A model generated the notes under the pieces. The model was given only the letters and a program-made list of their open reading frames with translations, did no database searches and was not told where the DNA came from. From Planctomycetota bacterium (GTDB taxonomy: Bacteria; Planctomycetota; UBA1135; UBA2386): a DNA stretch of 64,000 nucleotides. The stretch spans positions 5,056,001 through 5,120,000 of the forward strand of contig OZ245006.1 in assembly GCA_965223545.1 (NCBI GenBank), in the 5' to 3' direction. A program made the position numbers and the translations under genes. Positions 51,773-61,879 of the stretch are shown piece by piece. Numbering within the stretch: the first letter of the stretch is position 1; every line of letters begins with the position of its first letter.

Positions 51773-52094
51773 CTTGCGCTCCGTCGGGTCCCCGTGGCGC
51801 AGATCGGCCAGCCCGGGCGGTCACTGAAGCGGAATCGCCGGCGCTGCAGCCCCGGCCCGACGGCGCGTTGCGATCCGCGGTCGGGTGTCGCGAAAGGAGA
51901 CTGTGACTCGGCGCGTCGAGGGCTATCGCGGCCCCCTCCGGGAAGCTCCGCCCTACCGCTGGGTGGTTGCGGGCTGTCCTGAATCGGGACGCCAACGGCA
52001 CCGCGATCGTCGCGAACCGAGCGCGCGCATCGAGAGGTCCCGGTCTCGGACCGGGACCGAGAAAAAGTCGCCAGTCGCGTGGACTGGCGGGGCG

Positions 52095-53519
52095 TCAGCG
52101 CACGCCGATCACGGCATCGCCGCGGGCGCTCGTCGCGATGCCGCCCGGATTGGCGCCCGGATCGAGCACCGCCGCTTGGAGGAAGAATCCGACCCCGCCG
52201 AGCGCGGTGTTGGCCGGCACCGGGATGGCGAGCGTCGGGCCGGGCAGTGCCGGCAGGATCAGCGGGTTGCCGACGTGCAGGAAGCAGCCCACGGCCCCGA
52301 TGGAGGTCAGTGGCAGTGAGAGAGCTTGGACTCCGATGATGTTGGCTCCAGGGGCCCCGGCGGGCACGTTGCCGACCGCGACCTGCGCAACTTCACCGAC
52401 CCACGGCAGCGCGTTCGCGGTCAGGGTCGGCGGCGCGCCCAAGCTGGTCGGACAGCCGAGCGCGGTGGCGCTCTCCTGGAACGCCGCGATGGCGTTGGTC
52501 TGGTACTCCCAGAGCTGGTTGTCGATCGTCGCCACGACGGGGTTGGGGAATGGCCCGGAGCTGTTGAAGCCGCCGAACAGGTAGCTCCGCTGCAAGGCCG
52601 GCACGTAGACCGACTCCGCGCCGGCGCGCGCGGCAAAGCCCGAGAAGGTGCCGCGGTTGATCCAGTCGGTGCCGTCGTACTCCCAGGTTTGGTCGAGATA
52701 GCCGTTCGGCGTGCTGGTCGCGGCGCTGTTGAAGCCGCCCGCCATGACGAAACGGCTGCGGATCAGGTCGTAGCTCATGGCCGCCTGCAGGCAGCCGGAC
52801 CGGTAGGGAATCGTCGACGTCGGGGCCTGCGTCCAGTTGCCGCCGCTCCACAGCCACGTGTCGCGCAGCGCGTTGGGGTTGTTGTCGGTCCCCCCGAACA
52901 AGAGCGCGCGGCCGCCGGCGAGGTCGTAGGCTATGGCGTGGCGCGCGCGGGGGCCCGGCGACGTCACCGGGGTGGCCAACGTCCAGTTGACACCATCCCA
53001 CAGCCACGTGTCGGCGTAGTAGTTGGTGTTGTCGTAGCCGCCGAACAAGACGGTCCGCCCCATGCGCGAGTCGAAGAACATCCGCGTCCAGTAGCGCGGG
53101 CTCGGGTTGACCGCAGGCACGCGCTGGGTCCAACCGCCCGCGGGGCTCCATTCCCAAGTGTCGTTGAGCGGTGTGTCGGCGAGGTCGCGCCCGCCGAACA
53201 CCACCAGCACCCCGCGCCGCAGGTCCCAAGTCATCGCGTGGCGCTCGCGCGCCGGCGGTGAGCCGCTCGCCGGCGTCAGGTTGGTCCATTGCACGCCGTC
53301 GTAGCGCCACAGCTCGTTGGAGCGGTTTGGGCTGATCGCCGACGCCGGTCCCAGGTGGCCGCCGAAGAAGTAGAAACTCGTGCCATCGGTGGCAGCACCT
53401 CCCAGCGTGGCTCCCGTCGGCCCATTGGCCTGACCGGGAGACAGCAGCCAGGCGGGCTGGGCGGCGGCGGCCGCGGCGAGGAGGGAGGCGCAGATCACGG
53501 TGCAGGGGGCAAGTCTCAT
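52095..53519 (-). CDS. Secreted Kelch-repeat protein with C-terminal domain
   Basis: Signal AAA-Q; six LFGG....DTW.WDG..W-type repeats. Confidence 0.88.
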   Translation of the reverse strand: MRLAPCTVICASLLAAAAAAQPAWLLSPGQANGPTGATLGGAATDGTSFYFFGGHLGPASAISPNRSNELWRYDGVQWTNLTPASGSPPARERHAMTWDLRRGVLVVFGGRDLADTPLNDTWEWSPAGGWTQRVPAVNPSPRYWTRMFFDSRMGRTVLFGGYDNTNYYADTWLWDGVNWTLATPVTSPGPRARHAIAYDLAGGRALLFGGTDNNPNALRDTWLWSGGNWTQAPTSTIPYRSGCLQAAMSYDLIRSRFVMAGGFNSAATSTPNGYLDQTWEYDGTDWINRGTFSGFAARAGAESVYVPALQRSYLFGGFNSSGPFPNPVVATIDNQLWEYQTNAIAAFQESATALGCPTSLGAPPTLTANALPWVGEVAQVAVGNVPAGAPGANIIGVQALSLPLTSIGAVGCFLHVGNPLILPALPGPTLAIPVPANTALGGVGFFLQAAVLDPGANPGGIATSARGDAVIGVR

Positions 53520-53606
53520 CGGCGAGATCGTAGCGGCGGTCGTGGACCCGGCGATCGGGTGCCTCCTCGATGCCGCGGACCGGTGACGCCCTGCCGTAAC
53601 GTTGCT

Positions 53607-54374
53607 TCAGCTCTGCCAGTCCAACAGCTGCCGCGCGCGGGTCGCGGGATCGGCAGTCGTGGTCAGCTGCTGGAACAGTTGCTCCAGCCGGGCGTCGTCG
53701 GTGCCGCCCGCTGCGCGCAGCTCTGCCATGGTGCCCAGGGCGCGTAGCCGGCCGCGCTCGAGCACGGCGACCCGGTGGGCCAGCGTCTCGACGACATCGA
53801 GCAGGTGGCTGCAGTACAGCACGGTGCCGCCGCGCTCGGCGAAGGTGCGCAGCACCTCCTTGACGATCAGGGTGGTTTCGACGTCGAGTCCCGAGAGGGG
53901 CTCGTCGAGCACCATGACGCGGGGGCGCGTGAGCAGGGCAGCGGCGAGGGCGACCTTCTGCGTCATCCCCTTGCTGAACTCGTACATCGCGTCGTGGCGG
54001 CGCTCCAGCAGTCCGAAGCCGTCGAGCAGCTCGGGAATGGCGTCGGCGATCTCTGCTTCGGTCACCCCGAACAGCCGCCCCTTCAGCGCCAAGAACTCGT
54101 CGGGCGTCAAGGCCTGGTAGAGGTTGGCGACCTCGGGAACGTAGGCAAGGAGTCGTTTGGCCCGCGATGGCTCGGCAGTGGTGTCGACGCCGCAAATGCG
54201 GACCGTGCCCGAGGTCGGCGGTTGCAAGCCGACGATGGCGCTGACGGTCGAGGTCTTGCCGGCGCCGTTCGGTCCGAGCAGCGCGACGATCTCGCCCTCG
54301 GCCGCTTGCAGTGACAGGCGGTCTACCGCGACGAACGCACCGTAGCGAACGGTCAGCTCCTCGACCTGCAGCAT
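53607..54374 (-). CDS. ABC transporter ATP-binding protein
   Basis: GPNGAGKTS, FSKGMTQK, LDEPLSGLD and SH motifs. Confidence 0.92.
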   Translation of the reverse strand: MLQVEELTVRYGAFVAVDRLSLQAAEGEIVALLGPNGAGKTSTVSAIVGLQPPTSGTVRICGVDTTAEPSRAKRLLAYVPEVANLYQALTPDEFLALKGRLFGVTEAEIADAIPELLDGFGLLERRHDAMYEFSKGMTQKVALAAALLTRPRVMVLDEPLSGLDVETTLIVKEVLRTFAERGGTVLYCSHLLDVVETLAHRVAVLERGRLRALGTMAELRAAGGTDDARLEQLFQQLTTTADPATRARQLLDWQS

Positions 54375-54385
54375 TGGCCGCGAGG

Positions 54386-55633
54386 CTATCCCGAAGCGGG
54401 CGCCGATCGAAGCGCGCCTTCCGGTCCACTGCGGCGGCGCGCGCGTGCGGCGTCGATGACCGCGTCCATGCGCTCGTACATGTGGTCCCAGCGGTAGTGC
54501 GCGCGGACCCAGTCGGCGGCGCGCCGGCCCATGGCGCGCGCCGCCGGCGGGTCGGCCAGCAGGGCGCAGACGCGGTCGACCGTTGTCTGCCGGTCGTCGG
54601 CCACGTGCAGCACGTCCTCGGGCACCGCCCCGAGTCCCTGCACCGCCTGCGGCGAGCCGACCACGGGCAAGCCCATGCTGAGGGCCTCCAGCACCTTGTT
54701 CTGCACCCCCCGTGCCAACCACAGCGGGGCGATCGCGACCGCCGCCCGGTCGAAGTAGGGCGGGGTCTCGGGCACCCGCCCGGTGACCTCGATGCCGTCG
54801 TGCCGGGCGAGGTCGAGCACCGCGCGGTTCGGGCGCGCGCCGACGATGCACAGGCGTGCCCGGGGAAAGCGCGCCCGGACCGCGGGCCAGCACTCGCGCA
54901 CGAACCAGCAGACCCCGTCGACGTTCGGCTCGTAGTCCATCACGCCGGTGAAGATCAGGCCGTGTGGGTCGCGCTCGCCGTCGCCGTGCGAACGAAAGTG
55001 GTCGACATCGACCCCGTTGGGCACGACCGCCGGCTGGATGCCCGGAATCTGCTCCTCGAACAGCGCGCGTTCGACCTCCGACACCACCAGTGAGGCGTCG
55101 AACGCGGCCGCGACCCGGCGCTCGAACTCGAGCAAGAGCCGTGCCTCGCGGCCGTACAGCCAGCGCGCGGGGCCACGGCACTTCGCCGCGAACTGGCGCC
55201 ACTTGTCCGAGTCGAGCTCGGCGAACTGCATGATGCGCAGCGGTGCGGGGTGTTGCAGGCTGTACAGGGCCATGTACGCCGAGTAGTGGTAGACCAGGTC
55301 GGGCGGGTCCTCGGCGAACCAGCGCTCGACCGCCGTCGCCAGAGTCGGGTGGCGGAAGTAGGTCAGGCTGATCGCGCGGCCGCGCGCGAGTCCGCGCAGG
55401 CTGGCCGCCTTGCGGCGGCCGGGGTGGACCAGCGGGGCGCAGACCTCCAAGACGCGCGGCTCGCGCCGCCGCAGCTCGGCCGCGGCTTCGAGATCGCGTG
55501 CTTCCTCGGCGAAGCAGCCGACGCGCAGCTCGTGGCCGGCTGCTGCAAAATGCCGCAGGAAGTGGTGCGTGGTGATCCGGTCACCGCGGTCTGGCGGGTG
55601 TGGCACGCGCTGGCAGAGGAACGCGATTTTCAC
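54386..55633 (-). CDS. GT4 glycosyltransferase (TIGR03087-like)
   Basis: VPHPPDRGDRI, DSDKWRQ, PNGVD, FTGVMDY.PN and ARGVQNKVLEA motifs. Confidence 0.88.
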   Translation of the reverse strand: MKIAFLCQRVPHPPDRGDRITTHHFLRHFAAAGHELRVGCFAEEARDLEAAAELRRREPRVLEVCAPLVHPGRRKAASLRGLARGRAISLTYFRHPTLATAVERWFAEDPPDLVYHYSAYMALYSLQHPAPLRIMQFAELDSDKWRQFAAKCRGPARWLYGREARLLLEFERRVAAAFDASLVVSEVERALFEEQIPGIQPAVVPNGVDVDHFRSHGDGERDPHGLIFTGVMDYEPNVDGVCWFVRECWPAVRARFPRARLCIVGARPNRAVLDLARHDGIEVTGRVPETPPYFDRAAVAIAPLWLARGVQNKVLEALSMGLPVVGSPQAVQGLGAVPEDVLHVADDRQTTVDRVCALLADPPAARAMGRRAADWVRAHYRWDHMYERMDAVIDAARARRRSGPEGALRSAPASG

Positions 55634-55835
55634 GGGGCGTTCGGGCGTTGGGGTGGCTTGGTCTCGGGCGAGTCGGAGAGTGAGAGGCGAGAAGCGCGAG
55701 GCCGAGCATCATTGGAGAGCGTTTCCCCGGTTGCAAACCGAGGCTGCGCTGAGTCGTCGATCGTCCCAGCGCCGGCCTCAAGGGATGCGCCACACCGTTC
55801 CGATCAAGGGAGGAAGAGGGGCGTTAGGAGACTCC

Positions 55836-56705
55836 ATGACTATCGAAGGCCGTACCAGCTCGATCCTGGATCTGGTCAACAAGACCATCGACCTACCGAC
55901 GATTCCGGAGGTGCTGGTCAAGCTCAATCAGGTCATGGCGGATCCGGATTCCTCCGCGGAGGACGTCGCCAAGGTGATCGAGGTCGACCCCGCGGTCGCT
56001 ACGAATCTCCTACGCCTGGTGAATTCGGCCTACTTCGGGCTCCAGATCCGCGTGTCGCAGGTCAGCCAAGCGGTGTCCATCATGGGCTTCCGCATGACCA
56101 AGAAGGCCGCGCTCAAGGCCGCGGTGTTCAGCGTCTTCGCGCGCAGCCGCGACGTCGACGACCACTTCGATCCCGAGGCGTTCTGGAAGCACTCGATCTT
56201 CACCGCGGTGGCCGCGCGGTGCATCGGGCGCGCGAGTCCGCGCTACTCCGGGGTCGATGTCGAGGATCTGTACATCTGTGGTCTGCTGCACGACATCGGC
56301 AAGATCATCCTCTACGAGTCGGCGCACGACGCGTACATGGACGTGCTCGAGCACGCGCACCGCGCGGCCCGCCCCGACCTCGAGGTCGAGCGCGAGATGC
56401 TCGGCTTCACCCACGCCGACATCGGCAGTGTGCTCGCCATCAAGTGGCTGCTGCCCGAGGACCTGACGATCGCCATTCGCTACCACCACTCGCCGGAGCG
56501 CGACCCCTTCCACCAGTCGCTGTCCTCGCTGATCCACGTCGCCGACCACCTGGCGTGGAGCGCCGGCAGCGGCTCGACCCAAGGGCTGACGCCGCCCACC
56601 TTGCTCGAAGACGCGTACGACCGGATCGGGCTCGACCCGCAGCAGGTCGAGGATATTTTGCCGGCGATCCGCGAGGAGTACGTCGGCACGAACCTGCCCT
56701 GGTGA
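55836..56705 (+). CDS. HDOD domain protein
   Basis: LPTIP, DPAVATNLLRLVNSA, FWKHS, GLLHDIGK and W.LP..L..AIRYHH motifs. Confidence 0.92.
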   Translation: MTIEGRTSSILDLVNKTIDLPTIPEVLVKLNQVMADPDSSAEDVAKVIEVDPAVATNLLRLVNSAYFGLQIRVSQVSQAVSIMGFRMTKKAALKAAVFSVFARSRDVDDHFDPEAFWKHSIFTAVAARCIGRASPRYSGVDVEDLYICGLLHDIGKIILYESAHDAYMDVLEHAHRAARPDLEVEREMLGFTHADIGSVLAIKWLLPEDLTIAIRYHHSPERDPFHQSLSSLIHVADHLAWSAGSGSTQGLTPPTLLEDAYDRIGLDPQQVEDILPAIREEYVGTNLPW

Positions 56706-56801
56706 GCGGCCCAGGGGGTGCGGCGGCGCACCTCTCGATGCGCTTCGGCGCATATGCTTTCGTGGCGACGGGTGCGGGCCGCGCCTATAGTCGCGCGGCT
56801 C

Positions 56802-57878
56802 ATGCAGATCTCCGATATCCCCGTCGAGGGCTACGAGCGTGTCGTCCGTGCCGTCGACCCCGATTCCGGGCTGCACGCCATCATCTGCGTGCACGACACC
56901 ACCCTCGGGCCCGCCTTGGGTGGCCTGCGCATGTGGCCCTACGCCAGCGAGGACGACGCGCTGTTCGACGTCAAGCGGCTGGCGCGGGGGATGACCTACA
57001 AGTCCGCGGTGGCCAAGACGGGCCTGGGCGGCGGCAAGGCGGTGATCATCGGCGATCCCGCGGTCGCCAAGTCGGAGGCCCTCTACCTCGCGATGGGCCG
57101 GTTCATCGATGCGCTCGGCGGGCGCTACATCACCGCCGAGGACGTCAACACGACGGTGGCGGATCTGGAGATCATCCGCCGGGCGTCCCGCCACGTCACC
57201 GGCGTCTCGCGGGATGCCGGCGGCTGTGGCGACCCCTCGCCGTTCACCGGCTACGGCGTGTTCCTGGGGATCCGCGAGGCGCTCCAGTGGCAGCGCGGTG
57301 ACGGCGCGCTGCAGGGCGTGAAGGTGGCGGTCCAGGGCGTTGGCTCGGTCGGATCCGCGCTGGTGCGTCTCCTGGTCGGGGCGGGCGCCGAGGTGTTCGT
57401 CGCCGATCGGCGCCGCGATCGGGTCGAGGCTCTGGTCGGCGAGCTCGGGGTCACCGCCGTCGGCGAGAACGAGGTCCTCGAGCTGGACGTGGACGTGCTG
57501 GCGCCGTGCGCGCTCGGCGCGGTGATCAACGACCAGACGCTGCCCCGGCTGAGTTGCAAGATCGTGGCCGGTGCCACCAACAACCCGCTGCTGCGGCCCG
57601 AGCACGGCCGTCGGCTGGAAGAGCGGGGGATCCTCTACGCCCCAGACTACGTCATCAACGCCGGCGGCATCATCCACATCGCGGTGTCGCTGCAGCGCGG
57701 CGGCTACGACGAGGCGGCCAGCAACCGCCGGGTCGAGCGGATTCCGGAGGCATTGCGCGAAGTGTGGAGCATGGCGCGCGATACCGGAATCCCGGCGAGC
57801 GATGCCGCCGACCGGGTGGCCGAGCAGATCCTCGGCGAAGCCGAGGCGACGCCCGACATGAGCGCCGCGCCGAGCTGA
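56802..57878 (+). CDS. Leu/Phe/Val dehydrogenase
   Basis: HDTTLGPALGG, LARGMTYK, GGGKAV, TAEDV, QGVGSVG and PDYVINAGG motifs. Confidence 0.92.
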   Translation: MQISDIPVEGYERVVRAVDPDSGLHAIICVHDTTLGPALGGLRMWPYASEDDALFDVKRLARGMTYKSAVAKTGLGGGKAVIIGDPAVAKSEALYLAMGRFIDALGGRYITAEDVNTTVADLEIIRRASRHVTGVSRDAGGCGDPSPFTGYGVFLGIREALQWQRGDGALQGVKVAVQGVGSVGSALVRLLVGAGAEVFVADRRRDRVEALVGELGVTAVGENEVLELDVDVLAPCALGAVINDQTLPRLSCKIVAGATNNPLLRPEHGRRLEERGILYAPDYVINAGGIIHIAVSLQRGGYDEAASNRRVERIPEALREVWSMARDTGIPASDAADRVAEQILGEAEATPDMSAAPS

Positions 57879-57887
57879 CGGGCGGCG

Positions 57888-58550
57888 CTACTCGCCGTAG
57901 CCGATGCGCTCGACCGGGTTGACGATCGAGGACACCAAGTTCTTCGAGTGCGCGCTGATGCGCTTCAAGAAGCGCACGTAGAGTGCCAGAGTGACCGCGT
58001 CGGCGACGCCGAGCGACGTGTCGCCGCGCACCATCTGTTCCTCGATTTGCCGGCACTGCTTGGAGACGTCGGCTTTGTACGCGTTCATCAGATTGCGCGC
58101 TTCGGCTTCGTCACCGGAGCGAAACGCCGGCACGGTGCGCTCGAACAGCCCCAGCGCGGCGCGCTCGATGGCGACCAACTCGTCTTCGTGCTCGGCGACC
58201 TGCAGCCGCTCTTCGTGGTCGCGCGCCAGGTCGACGATGTTCTTGCAGTAGTCGCCGATGCGCTCGATGTCGATCACGATCGAGGCCAAGGTCAAGCCGG
58301 CGGCGCTGTCGGCGCGGTGTCCCAGCACGAGGTGGGTCAACACCTTGCGGCGCACTTCGCGCTCGAATGCGTTGATGCGCTTGTCGAGCTCGTAGACGTC
58401 GTCGCCGTCGTGCGCGACGTCCTTGTTGCGCAGGGTGTCGACCGAGGTCTGCACCATGGAGCCGCACAGGTCGAGCATGTCGTAGCACGACTGCAGCGCC
58501 TGCTCGATGAAGCTGTCGCGGCGCAGGAGGTTGAGGAGTTCACGAAACAT
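57888..58550 (-). CDS. PhoU domain protein
   Basis: DKRINAFE, DIERIGDY and KRISAH motifs; downstream of the Na/Pi transporter gene. Confidence 0.85.
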   Translation of the reverse strand: MFRELLNLLRRDSFIEQALQSCYDMLDLCGSMVQTSVDTLRNKDVAHDGDDVYELDKRINAFEREVRRKVLTHLVLGHRADSAAGLTLASIVIDIERIGDYCKNIVDLARDHEERLQVAEHEDELVAIERAALGLFERTVPAFRSGDEAEARNLMNAYKADVSKQCRQIEEQMVRGDTSLGVADAVTLALYVRFLKRISAHSKNLVSSIVNPVERIGYGE

Positions 58551-58553
58551 GGA

Positions 58554-59702
58554 TCAACGCCCGAGCCAAACGACGAAGAACGGAATCAGATAGAACACGG
58601 TGATGATGTAGACCGCCGGGATCGCGCGGTTGCGCATCGTCAGCCGCGCGAACGTCTGGGCGATGGCAACGGGGATTCCTCTTATCGGCCAGACCAGGGC
58701 CACGCCAAAGACGTTGAACAGGACGTGGTGGAATGCCAGGCGGATCCCGGCCTCCGCCTTGCTCAGGTCGGCGCCGCTGTCGACGGCGGCGTAGGCCGCC
58801 AGAGAGGCCAGGACGGCCGTGCAGGTCGTGCCGATGTTGGCGCCCATGGTGTAGGGAAACGCCTGGCGGATCGTGAGCACACCGGCGCCGACCAGGGGGA
58901 CCACGACTGATGTGGTGATCGAGCTGCTTTGCACGAGGATGGTCAGCAAGAGCCCGAACACCAGGGCGACCGGGGCGTTGCGAAACACGGTCCGGTCGAA
59001 CAGGGTCTCGATGCGCGTCAGCATCATCGACTTGAGCAGGCGGACCAGCATGAACAGGCCGAAGAAGGTCAAGACGACGCCGGCGATGGCCAGCGCCGGC
59101 TTGTTCTCCAGCACCAGGCCGTCGACGACGCCGATCGCGGGCTTGGTGATGGCCTTGATCGGGTTGGAGAGCACCGTTCCGCCGGCACCCTCGAACGCCG
59201 CGGTCGCGTGATCCGCGGCCCACGTCAAGAAGCCGGTGCCGACTTCGAGCGGAAACAGCACCACCAGCACGATCAGGTTGAAGAAATCGTGCACGGTCGC
59301 GGCGGCGAACGCGCGCTCGTACTCGGCCGAGCGGGTGATGTGGCCGAGCGAGACGATGGTGTTGGTGACGGTGGTGCCGACGTTGGCTCCCATCACCATG
59401 TAGATCGCCGCTTCGAACGGCAGCGCGCCGGCCGCCACCAGACCGACGACGAGCGAGGTCGTGGTCGACGAACTCTGCACCAGGGTCGTCGCGAGGATGC
59501 CGGCGAACAGACAGACGAGCGGCGAGGTGTCCGCGCCGATGTTGAGCAGCTCCTCGGAGAAGCCCTTGCCCATGCCCTTGAACGCGGTGCCCATGGCGCC
59601 GATGCCGACCAAGAACAGGTAGAGCACGGCGAGGACGCCGAGAATCTGGGTCAGGAGCTGGACGGTCGACGGGGACTTGGGTGTCTCGAGGCGGGCAACC
59701 AC
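58554..59702 (-). CDS. Na/Pi cotransporter family protein
   Basis: Duplicated VQSSS.TTS and MGAN(V/I)GTT motifs; start approximate. Confidence 0.9.
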   Translation of the reverse strand: MVARLETPKSPSTVQLLTQILGVLAVLYLFLVGIGAMGTAFKGMGKGFSEELLNIGADTSPLVCLFAGILATTLVQSSSTTTSLVVGLVAAGALPFEAAIYMVMGANVGTTVTNTIVSLGHITRSAEYERAFAAATVHDFFNLIVLVVLFPLEVGTGFLTWAADHATAAFEGAGGTVLSNPIKAITKPAIGVVDGLVLENKPALAIAGVVLTFFGLFMLVRLLKSMMLTRIETLFDRTVFRNAPVALVFGLLLTILVQSSSITTSVVVPLVGAGVLTIRQAFPYTMGANIGTTCTAVLASLAAYAAVDSGADLSKAEAGIRLAFHHVLFNVFGVALVWPIRGIPVAIAQTFARLTMRNRAIPAVYIITVFYLIPFFVVWLGR

Positions 59703-59809
59703 GCCGCTTTTGGTAGCTGCTTCTGCGGTTGGATGCGAGCGTTGCCGCCCCTTTTGATCCGCGCTCGAGACCCGCGGCTCCGGGAGCGGTGGTTGCCGTG
59801 TTCGCGCGC

Positions 59810-59930
59810 GTGCCAGAAGTCGTGGCCGGCGTCCGCGACCGCATGACGGTCGAAGGGGATCCGCTCGACGCGGTTTAGCGATTCCCTCGGGGACCAAGTC
59901 GGCCCGGCGCAAATGGCCGGGCTGCGCCTA
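59810..59930 (-). pseudogene. Frameshifted remnant of a DUF2723-gene paralog
   Basis: Nucleotide similarity to about 62192-62310; HLRRADLVPEG and PFDRHAVADAG.FW lie in different frames here. Confidence 0.7.
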
Positions 59931-60052
59931 GCGCCCGACCACCAGGTCGAGTGCCGGCGCCAACGCGTCACGGATGGATTCTCCCCGCCCCTCCACTCCT
60001 CCCGACCACTCTCCCGGGCGGGGCGAGGGTAAAGTCTTCACCAGCAACCGAC

Positions 60053-61021
60053 GTGAATCCTCCACCCGCATCGCACTCCTGGCCGGCTCTGCCGTTCGAC
60101 GACTGGACCGATACCCTCGAAACCCTGCATCTCCGGACGCAGATCGTCGGCAAGATCCGCATGGTGCAGTCGCCTTGGCTGAATCACAGCTGGAGCGTGC
60201 CGCTCTACGTGTCCTCGTGCGGCCTGACGACGTCACTGGTGCCGTACGGTGCGGAGGGCTTCGAGCTCGAGTTCGACTTCCTCGCCGATGAGCTCGTCCT
60301 GACGACCACGACGGGCCAGCGCCGTGCAATCGCGCTCTCGCCTCGTTCCGTCGCTCGCTTCTACACGGAGGTGATGGAAGCGATGGCGGCGGTGCAGATG
60401 CCGGTGGAGATCCATCCGGCACCGAACGAGATCGCGAATGCGACCCCGTTCCCGGAGGACACCGAGCACGATTCCTACGACGGAGAGCAGGTGCGTGCTC
60501 TGTGGCGGGCGTTGTTGCAGGCCAATCGCGTGTTCCACCGTTTTCGCTGCGCCTATCTGGCCAAGGCGAGCCCGGTGCACTTCTTCTGGGGCAGCCTCGA
60601 CCTGGCTGTGACCCGGTTTTCGGGGCGTCCCGCGCCGGCCCACCCGGGCGGGATCCCGAACTTTCCGGACGTGGTCGCGCGGGAGGCTTACTCGCACGAA
60701 GTGACGAGCTGCGGGTTCTGGCCGGGCAATCGCGAGTCGAAGACGCCGATCTTCTACGCGTACGCATATCCGGCACCCGATGGCTTCGCCGAGGCGGAGG
60801 TCGAACCCGCGGCGGCTTACTGGCTCGCGAAGCTGGGCGAGTTCGTCCTGCCCTACGACGCCGTGCGGAATGCCGCGGATCCGGACGCCGAGCTCTTGTC
60901 GTTCCTCGAGAGTACCCACGCCGCTGCCGCGAAGCTGGCGGGCTGGGACCGCACCGCGCTCGAGTGCACGGCGCCGCGTGGCCCCGATTGGTGGCGCGAG
61001 AAGGTCGGTCCGGGGTCTTGA
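60053..61021 (+). CDS. DUF5996 family protein
   Basis: TLHL.TQIVGK, NHSW, SPVHFFWGS.DLAVTRFSG, EAYSHE and GFWPG motifs; start approximate. Confidence 0.85.
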   Translation: MNPPPASHSWPALPFDDWTDTLETLHLRTQIVGKIRMVQSPWLNHSWSVPLYVSSCGLTTSLVPYGAEGFELEFDFLADELVLTTTTGQRRAIALSPRSVARFYTEVMEAMAAVQMPVEIHPAPNEIANATPFPEDTEHDSYDGEQVRALWRALLQANRVFHRFRCAYLAKASPVHFFWGSLDLAVTRFSGRPAPAHPGGIPNFPDVVAREAYSHEVTSCGFWPGNRESKTPIFYAYAYPAPDGFAEAEVEPAAAYWLAKLGEFVLPYDAVRNAADPDAELLSFLESTHAAAAKLAGWDRTALECTAPRGPDWWREKVGPGS

Positions 61022-61142
61022 AGCGACGGGTTCCCGAGTCGCTGCCTCGTCAAACTTTACGCCGTGACCCGATGCAGAGCCGTGTTACTCGGCCAGTCGA
61101 CCGACGCTTCACGGCGAGACCGAGTCACCGCGGGCCGGCGCC

Positions 61143-61382
61143 TCAACGCACGCGATCCTGCGCCTCGTGCACGCCCTGCTGCTCGGCGCAGTGGGCGCAG
61201 CAGAAGATCCTCTCCTGGGGAGCCTCGATTCCGTGGCCAATGATCCGGCATCCGCACTGTGCGCAGGTCGGCGCGAGCGCGTGGATGGCGCACTCGAGGG
61301 AGTCGAAGGTGTGCTCGCTCCCGTCGTGAGTGGTCACGGTGAAAGACTTGTCGTATCGGTTGCCACAAGTGTCGCACGTCAT
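61143..61382 (-). CDS. Small Cys-rich metal-binding (metallothionein-like) protein
   Basis: CDTCGN.YDK.F, FDSLECAIH, CAQCGC and FCCAHCA motifs. Confidence 0.8.
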   Translation of the reverse strand: MTCDTCGNRYDKSFTVTTHDGSEHTFDSLECAIHALAPTCAQCGCRIIGHGIEAPQERIFCCAHCAEQQGVHEAQDRVR

Positions 61383-61556
61383 CGAGGTTCCTCGGTTGGT
61401 TCGGAGAGTCGGAGGTGCAAAGTCCGTGCCACACCCGGGGAGCCAGCGTGGGGCCGCGGGAGCACGGCGCGCGCTCGAGAGAGTGCATGCTACCGGGCCT
61501 GCATGTTGCGACTCGGCGTGCAAGAAGTGCAGTGCATCATCGGTCCGGGCACGCGA

Positions 61557-61682
61557 TCAGCGCGGCCACGGCCGCAACCAAACTCGGATGCTGCTTGTGC
61601 CGGAGCAGCTCGGAAGACCTGACCCATGCGCCGCCGCCTCGAGAATGTTGTCGCTGCTCGACGATTCGTGGCGCCGCAGGCT
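61557..61682 (-). repeat. Inverted, internally deleted copy of the 195-bp repeat
   Basis: Reverse complement matches the unit head and tail (CATCCGAGTTTGGTTGCGGCCGTGGCCGCGCTGA) but lacks the central segment. Confidence 0.85.
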
Positions 61683-61879
61683 TCCATCTCAACCCGCTGC
61701 CGAGCTCAACTCGGTCCCGAGGCGCGCCAGTGCGCGATGCAACCCGACCCGGGTGGCAACCTTTGGCTCTCCGGTTTCGTGGTCGCCGCGACTACTCGGT
61801 GTAGCCGTCGGCAAGTGTCAGACAGAAGCGCGCCCCTTCGTGGACATGGGTGCAACCCAACAACTCTCAACCATGGTGA

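Noticed and set aside
50574..52001. 1582-aa version of the large prepilin ORF
   Set aside because: The extension is an out-of-frame overlap with the PilX-like gene; the coupled GTG at 50573 precedes the prepilin motif
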